NCBI GenBank assembly: GCA_003427395.1
Contig: BFEA01000032.1
Coordinates: 2,171,931-2,235,930, forward strand
Source: Chara braunii
Taxonomy: Eukaryota; Plantae; Charophyceae
DNA length: 64,000 bases
Direction of reading: 5' to 3'
Below the pieces are notes generated by a model. It was not told where the DNA came from and did no database searches. It saw only the letters and a program-made list of their open reading frames with translations. The position numbers were made by a program, and so were the translations under genes. Every line of letters starts with the position of its first letter. Positions within the stretch are counted from its first letter, which is position 1. Below are positions 1 to 12,951 of this stretch, piece by piece.

Positions 1-179
1 CCCCCACCACACGCCCCTCATTCTGTGTGCGCTCCCCTCCGCCCATCTCCCCATTCGCCTGCGCTCCCCTCCGGTCTCCTCTCCCCTCCGCCTGCACTCC
101 CACGTAGTTTCCTGCTCTGCTCTCCACCTTTCTCCCCTCTCCGCCCTCGCATTTCCCCCCGGCATCCGCCTACCCCCAC

Positions 180-360
180 CCCAATATAACTAACTACGAC
201 CCTCCCTCCCCTCCCCTTTATCAACTGTAGTATCTGTTCCGATCGGTTTTCATATGTTATCGAAGTTGTCCTTGATCCGTGGACCCTTTTTTTTTCAAGA
301 AAATAAAAAAAATTAAAAAAAAACGCACGTGCACGTGCGCGCGTGCAAGAGGGAGGGAGG

Positions 361-421
<61 letters not shown>
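180..421 (+). repeat. Isolated copy of the U2-derived unit
   Basis: Order is ACTAACTACGACCC, C tract, TCAACTGTAGTATCTGTTCCGATCGGTTTTCATAT...TGATCCGTGG, A tract, GCACGTGCGCGCGTGCA, (AG)n. This is the same module order as the units at 11460-14260. Confidence 0.75.
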
Positions 422-425
<4 letters not shown>

Positions 426-891
426 TTACCTGCTTGTCCTTGTGGTTGGCGGCCATAGCCACGATTGTGAGGAGTCTGTGTATATCATTTCAAGTTGTAA
501 TTAAGTTGTGTGTGTTTTCTCGTATTGTGTGGATCTTGCTGTTGTGAGTGAAATCCCTTCTCTTTAACCTCTGAAATTCAGTGTTTTTAATAGTCTGTTG
601 GATTGAGACGGTTGGTTTGTTGGTTGGTTGAGATGGTCAATGATGATCATTCAAGTTTGAGAAATTTTGACATGTCTGACTGTTTGCCGAGGTTTGTTGT
701 CAGATTTTTATCCGTCCAGCGGTCCCATCTACCAATTGTCTTTGTGTTCAACTGCATTGATAACTTGATGCTGATCTATTATATGGCGTTCCTTTCTCTA
801 AAGGTTGTCTATTGTCCGTGGGGATGTGGTGGTCGATTGGTTGAATGTGGTTTTGGATATGGTGGTGATGACACGACGACCACCAACCAAG

Positions 892-1158
892 GATGGTGGG
901 CCAACACAATACTACAGCACCACTGTGTTCGAAGATTGCACGCCAGCGTTGCTTCGGGACTTCTACATGGACAGCAGATTCCGCTTGGAGTGGGATGACA
1001 TGCTCGTCTCTTTCAAGCGGCTAGGGCTGTGTGAGGAAATGGGTGCGGAGATTGGTCACTTTGTGAAGAAATTCCCCCTCTTCTGTAGCCCTCGTGACTA
1101 TGTCATCATGTGGCGGCTGTGGAATGCACCGAATGAGGTTTTCTATTATATCAGCAAG
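892..1158 (+). CDS. START (PCTP-like) lipid-binding protein, internal exon A; 5' exons lie upstream of the window
   Basis: Encodes DGGPTQYYSTTVFEDCTPALLRDFYMDSRFRLEWDD...KKFPLFCSPRDYVIMWRLW...YYISK, matching the plant START motif TVFEDC.P...RDFYMD..R..WD / KKFP...REYV..W (At1g55960/At3g13062-like, from memory). Acceptor AG at 890-891 is plausible but less certain; donor AAG|GTAAGT at 1159, phase 0. Confidence 0.88.
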
Positions 1159-1186
1159 GTAAGTTGACCGCAAATATGAATATTAA

Positions 1187-1301
1187 GTGTTGTTGTTGTG
1201 GTGGTGGTGGTGGTGGTGGTGGCCGTTGTGGTTTTGTTTGTGGTTGCGTTTGTTCTTGTTTTTGTTTTTGTTGTTGGTGTTGTTGTCGTTGTTGTTGTTG
1301 C

Positions 1302-1359
<58 letters not shown>

Positions 1360-1805
1360 GCTGTTGTTGTTGTTCTTGTTGTTGTTGTTGTTGGTGGTGG
1401 TGATGGTGGTGGCGGTGAAGGTGGTGGTGGCGGTGGCGGTGGTGGTGGTGATGTTGACATCAACTTTACTATAAAAGCTGTTGTTGTTGTTGTTGTTGTT
1501 GCCATTGTTGTGTTTTAAGACGGCAACTTATACTAGAAAAGCTGGGAACTGGATCCAGCATCCCCTACATAAATGACCCACTCGACGTTTCCATCCATTA
1601 TGGCTGATGTTCTGTTTCCTGGTGTCTTTTTTCTTTTTCTTTTTTGGGACCCTTTCTTGATTTATGTGTGGCGTCCTCGCACGGGGTCCATGCTATCTTT
1701 AGTACAAGTTGCTGTCTTAAAACACAACAATGGCAACAACAACAACAACAGCTTTTATAGTAAGTTGATGTCAACACCACCACCACCACCACCACCGCCA
1801 CCACC

Positions 1806-1868
<63 letters not shown>
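1187..1868. repeat. Inverted repeat built on (GTT)n/(GGT)n microsatellites plus a unique core
   Basis: 1452-1535 is the reverse complement of 1700-1776 and is flanked by complementary triplet tracts. Confidence 0.88.
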
Positions 1869-1869
<1 letters not shown>

Positions 1870-2866
1870 GACATGCCTGATGAACCGTGGGCGGAAAAGG
1901 AGCGAAGGACAAGAAACGGAAGCTGTGACAGACCATTTTGTCGGTGTTTCACCGACTGATCAGCAGGCGAAACCCTCTCCAGTCTGCAGAGCGATACTGT
2001 TAACGTTGTTAAGTTGTAACCCGCCTTAACCCCGCCACCAACAGTGTTAAGTCAATGCCGCTTCCCATCAACTAAAGGAGTGCACTTTGCAAAACAAAGG
2101 AAGGAAATATTTCCGAAATAGCAGACACACATATAACTAATAAATATTAAATAATAAATATCAATCTGTGGCGAGTCCTTGAAACTCTGATGGAACAACC
2201 TGTCACGGCCCCCTTTCTCGTCGTTCTGTCTTCTTCTGCCTAGCGCACTTTGCCAAATCTGTGTAATATATGATGAAACAGTCTGTCACGGCCCCTCGTT
2301 TCGTGTCTTTTTGTCTTCTTCTGCGTAACACACTTCGCAAAATCCATGTACATTGTCTGTCACGGCCCCGTGTTTCTTGTCTTTTTGTCTTCTCCTGCCC
2401 AGCACACTTTGCAAACTCTCTGTGTATCGTCACAGAGAACTGTCCGGTGAAGCTTCGGACCTATGATCCTCTCCCAACCCACTGCAGTAAACCAAGAGCT
2501 GGTGTTTTTTTTTTTTGTGAACCCTTTGAGTTTACTGCTGCGAACATCAGCTCTCACTTTACTGAGAGGCTCGGTAAACTGAGAGCTGATGTTCGCATGT
2601 GAAGTCTCAGTTTACTGCTGCAAACTTCAGCTCTCAGTTTACTGAGCCTCGTCTAGCACAGCTCCTGGCTGTTAACAAATTCTGAGCCGCCGAACCCGCC
2701 CAAATTCTTAGGCTGCTGAAGTTTTGTTGACAGCAAATGTTGCAGAGGCAGAAAGCTCGGCAAGCTGGGATCAGTTTTTTTTTTCTTTTTCTTTTTTTTT
2801 TTGGCCAATGTAGAAGGCAGAGACGAGAAGGAATTCGGTCTGAACTCTTGAGTTGTCTGCAAGCTA

Positions 2867-2971
2867 CCGTCTTCACCCGAATAGAACGCCCTGTAATTAT
2901 GGCCGTATCTGGACTAAAAGTTGCATCAGATACAGCTATAATGACTGGGCGTTCTATCCGGGTGAAGACGG
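2867..2971. mobile_element. 105 bp palindromic MITE with TA flanks (Tc1/mariner-pogo-like), copy 1
   Basis: TA|CCGTCTTCACCCGAATAGAACGCCC...GGGCGTTCTATCCGGGTGAAGACGG|TA. Confidence 0.8.
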
Positions 2972-3180
2972 TAGGATCAGACTCACCAGATGCTTTTTGT
3001 TTTTTTCAAATTTTTTGGTTTTTTGCCAGTGTCGACAAATTGTTTTGTCCTCCTGGATTTTGGGTGTTTTTGTTTCGCAGCGATTCACAATTTGCTCTTG
3101 GATATGTTGTCTTAAGTCGTTACCCATTTTCTCTTTTTCGGGGGGCTGTGTGTCGTCTGGTCTTTTTCTGTCTGTTGCAG

Positions 3181-3262
3181 TCATGTGACCATGCAGCAGC
3201 CCCAAAGCAAAGGAAACCTGTGAGAGTGATCAATTATGAGTCAGCATGGAGGATTAAGGGAG
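3181..3262 (+). CDS. START protein exon B
   Basis: Pyrimidine tract and TGCAG| acceptor; encodes SCDHAAAPKQRKPVRVINYESAWRIKG (cf. ECDH..P.Q.K.VRV..F.SGWRI); donor G|GTAGGT at 3263, phase 1. Confidence 0.88.
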
Positions 3263-4249
3263 GTAGGTACACTTGCTCCTGCTTTGGTTCCCATGATTTC
3301 TGGTGGTGGTATCATGCATGCATGTATGTATGTATGTATGTATGTATGTATGTATGTGTCCTGCGCTTGCATTTCGTCTGTTCAAATCCGTGTTTGCACA
3401 TGGGCAAAACTGTTTCGCAGCAAAGAAAAAGAAAACAAGAAGAGCAGGAGGAAGAAGAAGAAGAGGAAACAAAGCAAAATTGGTATGACTGAGAACGGGA
3501 GGAAGAAAACAAGAAGAGCAGGAGGAAGAAGAAGAAGAGCAGCAGGCCGAGAAAGGAGGAGAAGTGGAGGTATGTTGGGTAGATATGAGCTTTTACGACT
3601 TTCACTGCTTCGCGCCTAATTCACCGCCTATGTGCCCTTCATGCCTAGTCGTTCCGAATAACTCTTTGGTGGCGTCTGTCATGTACTCAATTACAAGAAA
3701 AAGCAAGGCCGAGGCGAGGCAGAGAACATGTCGAGTTGAATCTCGTGAAGTGGATGTGTTTGTCCGTTTCTGCACGATCGGAGTGAGGCTTTGGTGCATT
3801 GGCAATGGCACGTTTCTGCGAGCTGTTTGATTTTCAGTCACCGCGGGGCAGCATTCAATCATTATCATTGGAGTGATGATAATGCTGTAAATACTATACT
3901 AAATCCAAAATTCCACATCTATTTACTTTTCTGCAAGTTTTATCTGATTTTGTGGCACATCGCTGTGTTTTCCGGAGTTCATTTGGTCATTATCATTGGA
4001 GTGATGATAATGCTGAAAATTCCGCAGCCATTTATTTTTCTAAGTTTTATGAACTTTAATTTAATAATGAAGTTTAATCTGATTTTGCTGCATATCGCTC
4101 TGTTTTTTGGAGTTCTTCAACTTCTTCTGCAATTTCGGTGATTTTAATTCTGAATCAACATCCACCTTGATCATCCGAAGGATTTCAGCAAGTTTTATCT
4201 GATTTTGTGCCACACTGTTTGTGGTGGTTGGCGATGGAACTCGCCTCAG

Positions 4250-4458
4250 TCCATTCTCGCACGGGATGCAGTCCTGCAAGTGAAATTGTCGTCTTGCACC
4301 GTGAAGACATGGGTTTACAGAGAAGTATGGCGAAGATGGGTGCTCGCAAAGGCACATGGACATATGTGAAGAGAATGGACGCAGCTTTGCGACTCTATGC
4401 TCAGCGAGAACAGCTCAGCATGACTGCTGAGCGGAGTGCTGTGACCCTGGCACATGCT
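4250..4458 (+). CDS. START protein exon C
   Basis: Phase-1 acceptor CAG|TC restores V; encodes VHSRTGCSPASEIVVLHREDMGLQRSMAKMGARKGTWTYVKRMDAALRLY (cf. CEI..HQED.GL...AK.....G.WSYV.KM..ALR.Y); donor GCT|GTAAGT at 4459, phase 0. Confidence 0.88.
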
Positions 4459-5054
4459 GTAAGTTCCCTCACGTCGCTCTGCTTCGCGCTCCCCCACCCA
4501 CCACCCCCCCCAAAAAAAAACCCTCTTACCTTCTTCCCTCTCTCTCCCCTCCCCTCTTCTCTGCCCTCATGTCCTCACCTCACCCCTTGCCTTCCCTCAC
4601 ATACCTCTCTCTCCCCTCCCCTCTTCTCTGCCCTCATGTCCTCACCTCACCCCTTGCCTTCCCTCACATATGCTGTGCGTTTTCTCCCTAGTGTCTCTCT
4701 CTGCCCCCCTCCCCCTCCCTCCCTCCCTCCCTTTCTCTCTCTCCTCTCCCCGCCCNNNNNNNNNNNNNNNNNNNNNNNNNNNNNNCCCCCCCCCCCCCCC
4801 CCCCGGACACACATACACACACACAGACAAACATGGCAACCGCAAAGTCTTTTTTTTTTTTAAAGGTGTGGGATACTAATGGGAGTGGTATGAGCATCCC
4901 CCAGTAGTAGCCCACGTCCTTGGCGCTTGTCTATTGGTGGGGCGCAGCACGTGCTGGAAACTGGGTCCAGCGTCTCACACATAAGCTTCAAAACCCAGCA
5001 ACCACATTCTCCTAAGTGAATAACATATTCGTAACAGAACAAGAAGAAACGGAC

Positions 5055-5092
<38 letters not shown>

Positions 5093-5154
5093 AACGTATT
5101 CGTAACAGAACAAGAAGAAACAGACTTGCAATAGTGTGCATGCATGCATGCAAA

Positions 5155-5191
<37 letters not shown>

Positions 5192-5620
5192 TGCGCGCCA
5201 ATGTCTGTCTGTCTTAACCCTCCTTCCCCCCGCCCCTTCCCCTCCTCAGAACAGCGACCCAATTTAGTAAGCGCAAGATGGAACTTAGGTAACAACTGTG
5301 AGGCTGACGTAAAGCTTACAGACGGACAAAGCCTGTATAATCGCGTCATACAACAGTGGGGTATCGTTCATGTGAACTCGTGAGTGGATCAAAGTAACCA
5401 GCCCAAAATACAAGCGCACGTCATACAACAGGGTGCATGATTCACGCGAAATTACGAATGGGCCAAAATGCCCAGCACGAAATACAAGCGTCAGCATGGA
5501 CAAAGTCAACCAAACTGAGGAATATAGTCATGTCATATATGTGGAACCATGTGGCTCGACGAAGTGGAACTGTCGGTCCATGAAGTGGACCAGCGGGACC
5601 AATAACTTCCAACAGGGTCG

Positions 5621-6664
5621 AGGAAGGTACCAGAAAGGTACGAGGAAGGTACTAGAAAGGTACTAGGAAGGTACTAGAAAGGTACTAGAAAGGTACTAGG
5701 AAGGTACTAGAAAGGTACTAGAAAGGTACTAGAAAGGCATGTTGGTCCATGAAGTGGACCAGTGGGTCCATAATTTGACCAGTGGGTCCACTAGCATTCC
5801 AAACCCAGATGGTGCTTATGTGAGGGACGCTGGGGGATGCTCACAGAGCTGCACTTTGTCTATTGCGCTCTCTTGTTTAGTGGTACAGCCATGCGGCATA
5901 CATTATATTTGTTTTTCACTTTTTGGTTTGCCTTTTGTAGCATAAGTTATGTTCTTGAGGGCCGTCAATGATGTTCCTGTTGCGGAGACTTATCGTGAAT
6001 AACATGAATGCAAAACCTGATAACCCCTTGTTGCACGGAAAGCTTTCTCCAGCTTTTCCGTCACCTAATCTTCCGGCGTTATTCGTCATGTATGCCTTTT
6101 GTTGTCTAGCCGATCCCCCCCGCCCCCTCCTAGGCCTTGTGGGATGAATGCGGTGGTTAAATAGATACTCTCAAAGAAAAGTTTGTGTGCCTCGTGTTGT
6201 ATGCCCTTCGCTTCGTCCGTTTCGGAAGTGCTCTCTTTCTTTTAGTTCTTTTTGGTGAAATGTTTTGCATTTAGTCAATGGATATGTGCCAATATTACAG
6301 TGCACTCAAAGTCTCAAAGTACAATGGGTATGCTGCAATCTCTTGCTTCCTTGCAAGTTGCAACGGGGATAGCCAAGAAATTACAAAACTCTGTGTCGTG
6401 AATTGCAGGCAGTTCTTTTTTTATTCTAAGGGACTCTCAGAATTTCCCCTAACTCAATTGCAGAGCAATCATGCTTGTTTTTTACCCTAATCCGCTGTAG
6501 AGGAGGGTTTCTCGAAAGGGGGGGGAAATCTCTGAAATACAAATCTTGAACGGAACTTCTCAAGGGCCCCTAATACCTTTCTAGTACCTTTCTAATACCT
6601 TTCTAGTACCTTTCTAGTACCTTCCTCGTACCTTTCTAGTACCTTCCTAGTAGTTTCTACCTTT
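5621..6664. repeat. Inverted arrays of an 11-mer (GAAAGGTACTA) bracketing ~830 bp
   Basis: Array at 5621-5736 and its reverse complement at 6573-6664, sharing the variant unit AAGGTACGAGG. Confidence 0.75.
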
Positions 6665-7299
6665 CACATGGATGCACTACAGCCATCTTAGCAAAAGAAA
6701 CAAGAATCAAAATTACTGATCATTATGGGATTGAAAAAACATGAGCATGCGCAGTCTCACTATATGTATCTTTGTACCCTTGATTGGTGCAAGATGTGTC
6801 TAAGATGGCACAACCATGAAGTGCTGAAGTACAGACCAGAGTTCAAATCCAGATGCAATCATTGGTGCAAGATGTGACCCCGAACGGGTACATCACTACA
6901 TTATAACAATCGCTATTTGCCCGCCTGTGACCAACAGCCGATCAGGGCCCTGGGTTTCCTTGAGGCTCGACGGTCCCGATTGGCTGCTGATCGGATTTTA
7001 TGTGATCAACTCGCAATCTGGACCGTCGTTGGCGTTGTAGCACACGGTTCAGATTGCGTGTTGATTGTTTTGGAGATTATCGTCAGGCCGGTAGGCCCTT
7101 GCCCGGTAGTAGGTAGGCCCTTGCCTGGTAGTGCCAGGCCAATATCTGCACGGTACACATGCAGCACTGGGTCGGTAGGCCCTGGCCCGGTACTGCCGCG
7201 TGCGGCACTCCCCAGGCCAACATCTGCACGGTACATTTGCGGGGGTGATGTGACTAACTTTTTTTGCAAGGCGGGGCCACAAAGAAATGGAGCCCCTAA

Positions 7300-7670
7300 C
7301 GCTACACTCGACCTTGACACTCGACGCTACTGTAAGCTTATCCGTCCTACTCGGCTACAGACTTCAACGCTGGCTACACTCAACTTCGACGCTACTCTAC
7401 GCTACTGCGCTTGACTTCGACTCTCTGTGCTTCTGCCCTCAACTTGGACTCTCTGCGCCACTGGGCTTGACTTCGACTCTCTACGCTACTGCCCTCAACT
7501 TCGACTCTCTACTCTACTGGGCTCCACTTCGACTCTCTACGTTGACTTTGACTCTCTACCTTGACTTTGACTCTCTATGCTACTGCCCTCAACGTTGACT
7601 CTCTACGCTACTGGGCTCGACTTCGACTCTCTACGTTCGACACTACTCTAGGCTACTACGCTCAACTTCG

Positions 7671-7713
<43 letters not shown>

Positions 7714-7917
7714 TGGCTATGACTTCTCTGCGCTACTGGGCTTGACTTCGACTCTCTACGCTACTGCCCTCAACTTCGACTCTCTACTCTACTGGGCTCC
7801 ACTTCGACTCTCTACGTTGACTTCGACTCTCTACCTTGACTTTGGCTCTCTACGCTGCTGGGCTCGACTTCGACTCTCTACGTTCGACGCTACTCTAGGC
7901 TACTACGCTCAACTTTG

Positions 7918-7920
<3 letters not shown>
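7300..7920 (+). repeat. Degenerate CTTCGACTCTCTACGCTACT minisatellite
   Basis: Many imperfect copies, with an internal ~270 bp duplication (about 7460-7680 vs 7735-7925). Confidence 0.85.
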
Positions 7921-7972
<52 letters not shown>

Positions 7973-8102
7973 NNNNNNNNNNNNNNNNNNNNNNNNNNNN
8001 NNNNNNNNNNNNNNNNNNNNNNNNNNNNNNNNNNNNNNNNNNNNNNNNNNNNNNNNNNNNNNNNNNNNNNNNNNNNNNNNNNNNNNNNNNNNNNNNNNNN
8101 NN

Positions 8103-8192
<90 letters not shown>

Positions 8193-8784
8193 CCGCCTTC
8201 CTTTCTTCCTTTCTTTCTTTCTTTCTTTGTTTGATCGGTAGGGGGGCCGGGGAAGGCGGGCGCGACATGTTTTTGTTGTTCGTTGTTCCTTTGGGCTCGA
8301 TGCTAGACTTCACTTGATTTCGACGCTACTTGGACTTTGCTCTACACACACACACACACACACATGTTGTGTCTTGTATTGTTTTTGCTGCTGCGTTGGC
8401 CCATCTCAAGTGTGTTCCATTGCTTGTGTAAAGGTGAGATTCCTTGCTTGTTTGGAGGTAAGCTTCTGAATAAATATCGACTTCCCAAGCAAAGCTGTTT
8501 CAACGCTCATCTTGAGAATGCTTCATTGTATGCAATACAGGAAAAGTTGCTATGGCTTTGGATCTACTCATCTGGGTGGAATAGGGGAAGTTGTGGTGAT
8601 ACTTCATAACACACACATGCACGCGCACGTGGTGAGTCCTTGGCCATCTGTACAATGCATCTTGGGCAGACTGTTGGGGTTCAACCTCCTGACCAGTCGG
8701 TGGACGTTTGACGCACAATCTGTTTTTGTTTTTCCTTTGGGCTCGACGATCGACTTCGCTCGACTTTGACGCTACTTGGACTTC

Positions 8785-8837
<53 letters not shown>

Positions 8838-9314
8838 CACACACCAACACACACTCATGTACGCACATGTGGTGAGTCCTTGGCCATCAGTACAATCCAT
8901 CTTGGGCAGATTGTTGAGGTTCAACCTCCTGATGAGTTGGTGGAAGTCCAACAAAACCGTCTGGCTGAGTCATTTTGTGAGTTGCGTCTAGTGGACATAA
9001 TAACGTTCACACATACTCAAACTCGCCCACACAGAACACACACACACACTGTGACCCACACAGACACACACACACACACCACACACACACACACACATAC
9101 ACACACACACACACATTCACACACCCAGCATACACACCATCTCTGCATTCTGAAGGTTGGACGCTGAGGCTTGAGCTGTGCAATGCGGCAAGGCTTTCGA
9201 ACGACTGCACCTTGATGACTGACGGTGAGTTTGTTATTTTTTGTCTTGCTTTCGTTTCTTTGTGGTCTTGGAACTATGAGAGAGAGAGAGAGAGAGTGTG
9301 TTAGTGTCCGTGTG

Positions 9315-9394
<80 letters not shown>

Positions 9395-9406
9395 CGAAGG
9401 CGTGCG

Positions 9407-10099
9407 NNNNNNNNNNNNNNNNNNNNNNNNNNNNNNNNNNNNNNNNNNNNNNNNNNNNNNNNNNNNNNNNNNNNNNNNNNNNNNNNNNNNNNNNNNNNNN
9501 NNNNNNNNNNNNNNNNNNNNNNNNNNNNNNNNNNNNNNNNNNNNNNNNNNNNNNNNNNNNNNNNNNNNNNNNNNNNNNNNNNNNNNNNNNNNNNNNNNNN
9601 NNNNNNNNNNNNNNNNNNNNNNNNNNNNNNNNNNNNNNNNNNNNNNNNNNNNNNNNNNNNNNNNNNNNNNNNNNNNNNNNNNNNNNNNNNNNNNNNNNNN
9701 NNNNNNNNNNNNNNNNNNNNNNNNNNNNNNNNNNNNNNNNNNNNNNNNNNNNNNNNNNNNNNNNNNNNNNNNNNNNNNNNNNNNNNNNNNNNNNNNNNNN
9801 NNNNNNNNNNNNNNNNNNNNNNNNNNNNNNNNNNNNNNNNNNNNNNNNNNNNNNNNNNNNNNNNNNNNNNNNNNNNNNNNNNNNNNNNNNNNNNNNNNNN
9901 NNNNNNNNNNNNNNNNNNNNNNNNNNNNNNNNNNNNNNNNNNNNNNNNNNNNNNNNNNNNNNNNNNNNNNNNNNNNNNNNNNNNNNNNNNNNNNNNNNNN
10001 NNNNNNNNNNNNNNNNNNNNNNNNNNNNNNNNNNNNNNNNNNNNNNNNNNNNNNNNNNNNNNNNNNNNNNNNNNNNNNNNNNNNNNNNNNNNNNNNNNN
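9407..10099. other. Assembly gap (other gaps at 4756-4785, 7973-8102, 47241-47369)
   Basis: Runs of N, mostly next to simple repeats. Confidence 1.
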
Positions 10100-10965
10100 C
10101 CCCCCCACGATCAAGTGTATTATCTGTTCCGGTCAGTTTGGCATAAGGGGATGGGGGCAGCTCGCGCTCAACTTCATCAACGTGGCGAGCCTTGTACGTC
10201 AGAGGCATAGTGGAGGAGGCGTTAAGAAGACTGAGAAACTGAATGATTTCGATGTACTGAATGATTTCAATGTGTCTTTGTTTTTTATTTTTATCCTTTG
10301 ATTTGGTGCAAATTTTTTTTTGTAAAACACTGAAAGAAATAATAATACTGTGAAACATTGAATAAGCGGACACTGTTTCGTGTCATTCTGGTTTGTCTGT
10401 CTCTTTGCCTGTCTGTCCTTTCATTTTTCTTTTCTTCTCTATCTTATTTCTTCGTCTACTTCACGTGCTTACGGTCTTAGTCAATAGTTCTGTGACAATA
10501 TATATCCTGCCTGTGACAAGCGGAAGATCGGGGCCCTCCGATTTTTTGCTGCCCGACGGTCCCGAATCGTGAAGCGTCGCCAGGGCCAGTACAGGTCGCG
10601 AACGCCAGTGCCGGCACCCCGCATGGTACCGGGCCTGCGCACCAGAGCCGGTACCATACAAGGTACTGGGCCCCCGCGCTAGCACCGGTACTGTCGGGAC
10701 GTTGCCGGGCCAGCGCCAAGCGCCCGCACGAAAGCAACTTTTTCCGATATTGGAGGCGATGCGGGAAAAGCCGCCTCCACACCGCGCCTGCCCTCCAATC
10801 GACTTCGACTTTTCATACCCTCGGCTACAGCGCTCGACTTCGACTGACTTCTACGCTGCTGTGCAGGATTACGACTTCGCTCCACGTTGGACACACGTGG
10901 ACTCGCACACACGCACGCACACACACGCATGCACACACGCACGCACGGACGAACACACGCACTCA

Positions 10966-11019
<54 letters not shown>

Positions 11020-11411
11020 AACGTGGTGAGTCCTTGGCCATCAGTACAGTTCATCTTGGGCGGACTGTCGGGGTTCAACCTCCTGATGAGTCGGTGGAAG
11101 TCCGACGAAACAGTCTGGCTGAGTCATTTTGCGAGTTCTCTATAGCGAACATAACAACACTCACACATACTCAGACTCACCCACACAGAACACACACACG
11201 CACACACACACACTCACCCAGGACACACCATGTCTACATCCTGAATGGTGGACGCTGAGGCTTCAGCTGTGCAGCGTCAAGGCTTTCGAACGACCGCACC
11301 TTGATGACTGACGGTAAGTTTGTTATTCGTGTGTTGCTTTCGTTTTTTGTGGTCTTGGAACTATGAGAGAGAGAGAGTGCGTATGTGTCCATGCGCGCGC
11401 GTGTGTGTGTA

Positions 11412-11446
<35 letters not shown>

Positions 11447-12027
11447 CAGAGAGAGAGAGAACCCAACCTAACTGACTATGCGCCTCCTCCCCCCTCCCCC
11501 CCCACACGATCAAGTGTACTATCTGCGTCGATCACCCTCCCACCCAAACGATCAAGCGTAGTAACTGATCTGTTCACTTTCATATCTGATCCGTGGTCTT
11601 TCGAGACCTTTTTTATTTAAAAAAAAAAAAAAAAAGCACGCGCGTGCACGAGAGAGAGAGAGAGAGAGCCTAACCTAACTGACTATGCGCCTCCCCCCCC
11701 CGACGATCAAGTGTAGTATCTGCTTCGATCAGTTTCATATCGATCCTCCCCCCCCACACGATCGAGCATAGTATCTGCTCCGTTCAGTTTCATATCTGAT
11801 CCTTGGTCCATCGAGAAGAGAGAGAGAGAGAGAGAACCCAATCACGCTCCGCGCTACCCTTTCCCCTCCAACGATCAAGTGTAGTACCTGCTTCGATCAG
11901 TTTCATATCCGATCCTCTCTCCCCGCACGATCAAGCGTAGTGTCTGCTCCGTTCGGTTTCATATCTGATCCGTCGTCCATGGAGACTTTTCTTTTTTAAA
12001 AGAAGAAAAAGGCAACCGAGCATGCGC

Positions 12028-12065
<38 letters not shown>

Positions 12066-12905
12066 CCGTTGTAACCAACTGCGCGTCCGCCTCCCCCCCT
12101 TCCCCCCCCACGAGCAAGTATAGTATCTGCTGCGATTAGTTCCGTGGTTCATCGAGACGCTTAAAGGGGGGGGGGGGGCGGGGGGGGGAGGGGAAACAAC
12201 CGCGCCCAGGACGCGGGAGAGAGACTAGAGAAAGAGCGAGAGGGAGAGAGATAGAGACCTCAGTCTATGCGCCAGCGCCCCGCGCCCCCCAACGATCAAG
12301 TGTACTATCTGATCCATGGTCCAAAAAAAAACGATGCACGCAAGGCTTGCGAGCGCGTGAGAGAGATAGAGAGAGAGAAACTCGACCATCCCCCCACGAT
12401 CAGTTGTAGTATCTGTTCCGGTCAGTTTCATATCTGATCCGTGGTCGATCAAGACCTTTAAAAAAGAAGGGAAGAAAAAAAAACGGAAAATCCGTTCGCG
12501 CACTGATCAGATAATGGAGAAAAGAAAAAACAAAGGAAGCATGAGCGGTTTCGAAAACAAAAGAAACCTGAAACACAAGCGATTTCGGGAAAAAAAAATA
12601 AAAAAGCGAAGCGGGCGCGTACGTAGCCGCAAGAGGTCAAACGCAGAGAGAGAGAGAGAGAGGACGGGAAGGCAGGAGAGGGAGGGAGTAGACACGGGCT
12701 TGAGCAGGATGGTCCATCGTGACCAATTAAAAAGAAGAAAAAAAAAAGTGGAAAATCCGCAAGCCTGTGCGCGAACCAGAGAGAGAGAGAGAGTCCATCA
12801 CCATCTTTGTGTGTGTGTGTGTCTGTGTGTGTGAGAGAGAGAGAGAGAGTCCATCACCATCTTTGTGTGTGTGTGTGTGAGAGAGACAGAGTCCATCACC
12901 ATCTT

Positions 12906-12951
<46 letters not shown>

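Noticed and set aside
1146-1959. Overlapping poly-V/L/C/T ORFs
   Set aside because: Translations of (GTT)n/(GGT)n tracts inside START intron 1.
9017-10373. Long ORFs of 280-380 aa
   Set aside because: They read through the N gap.
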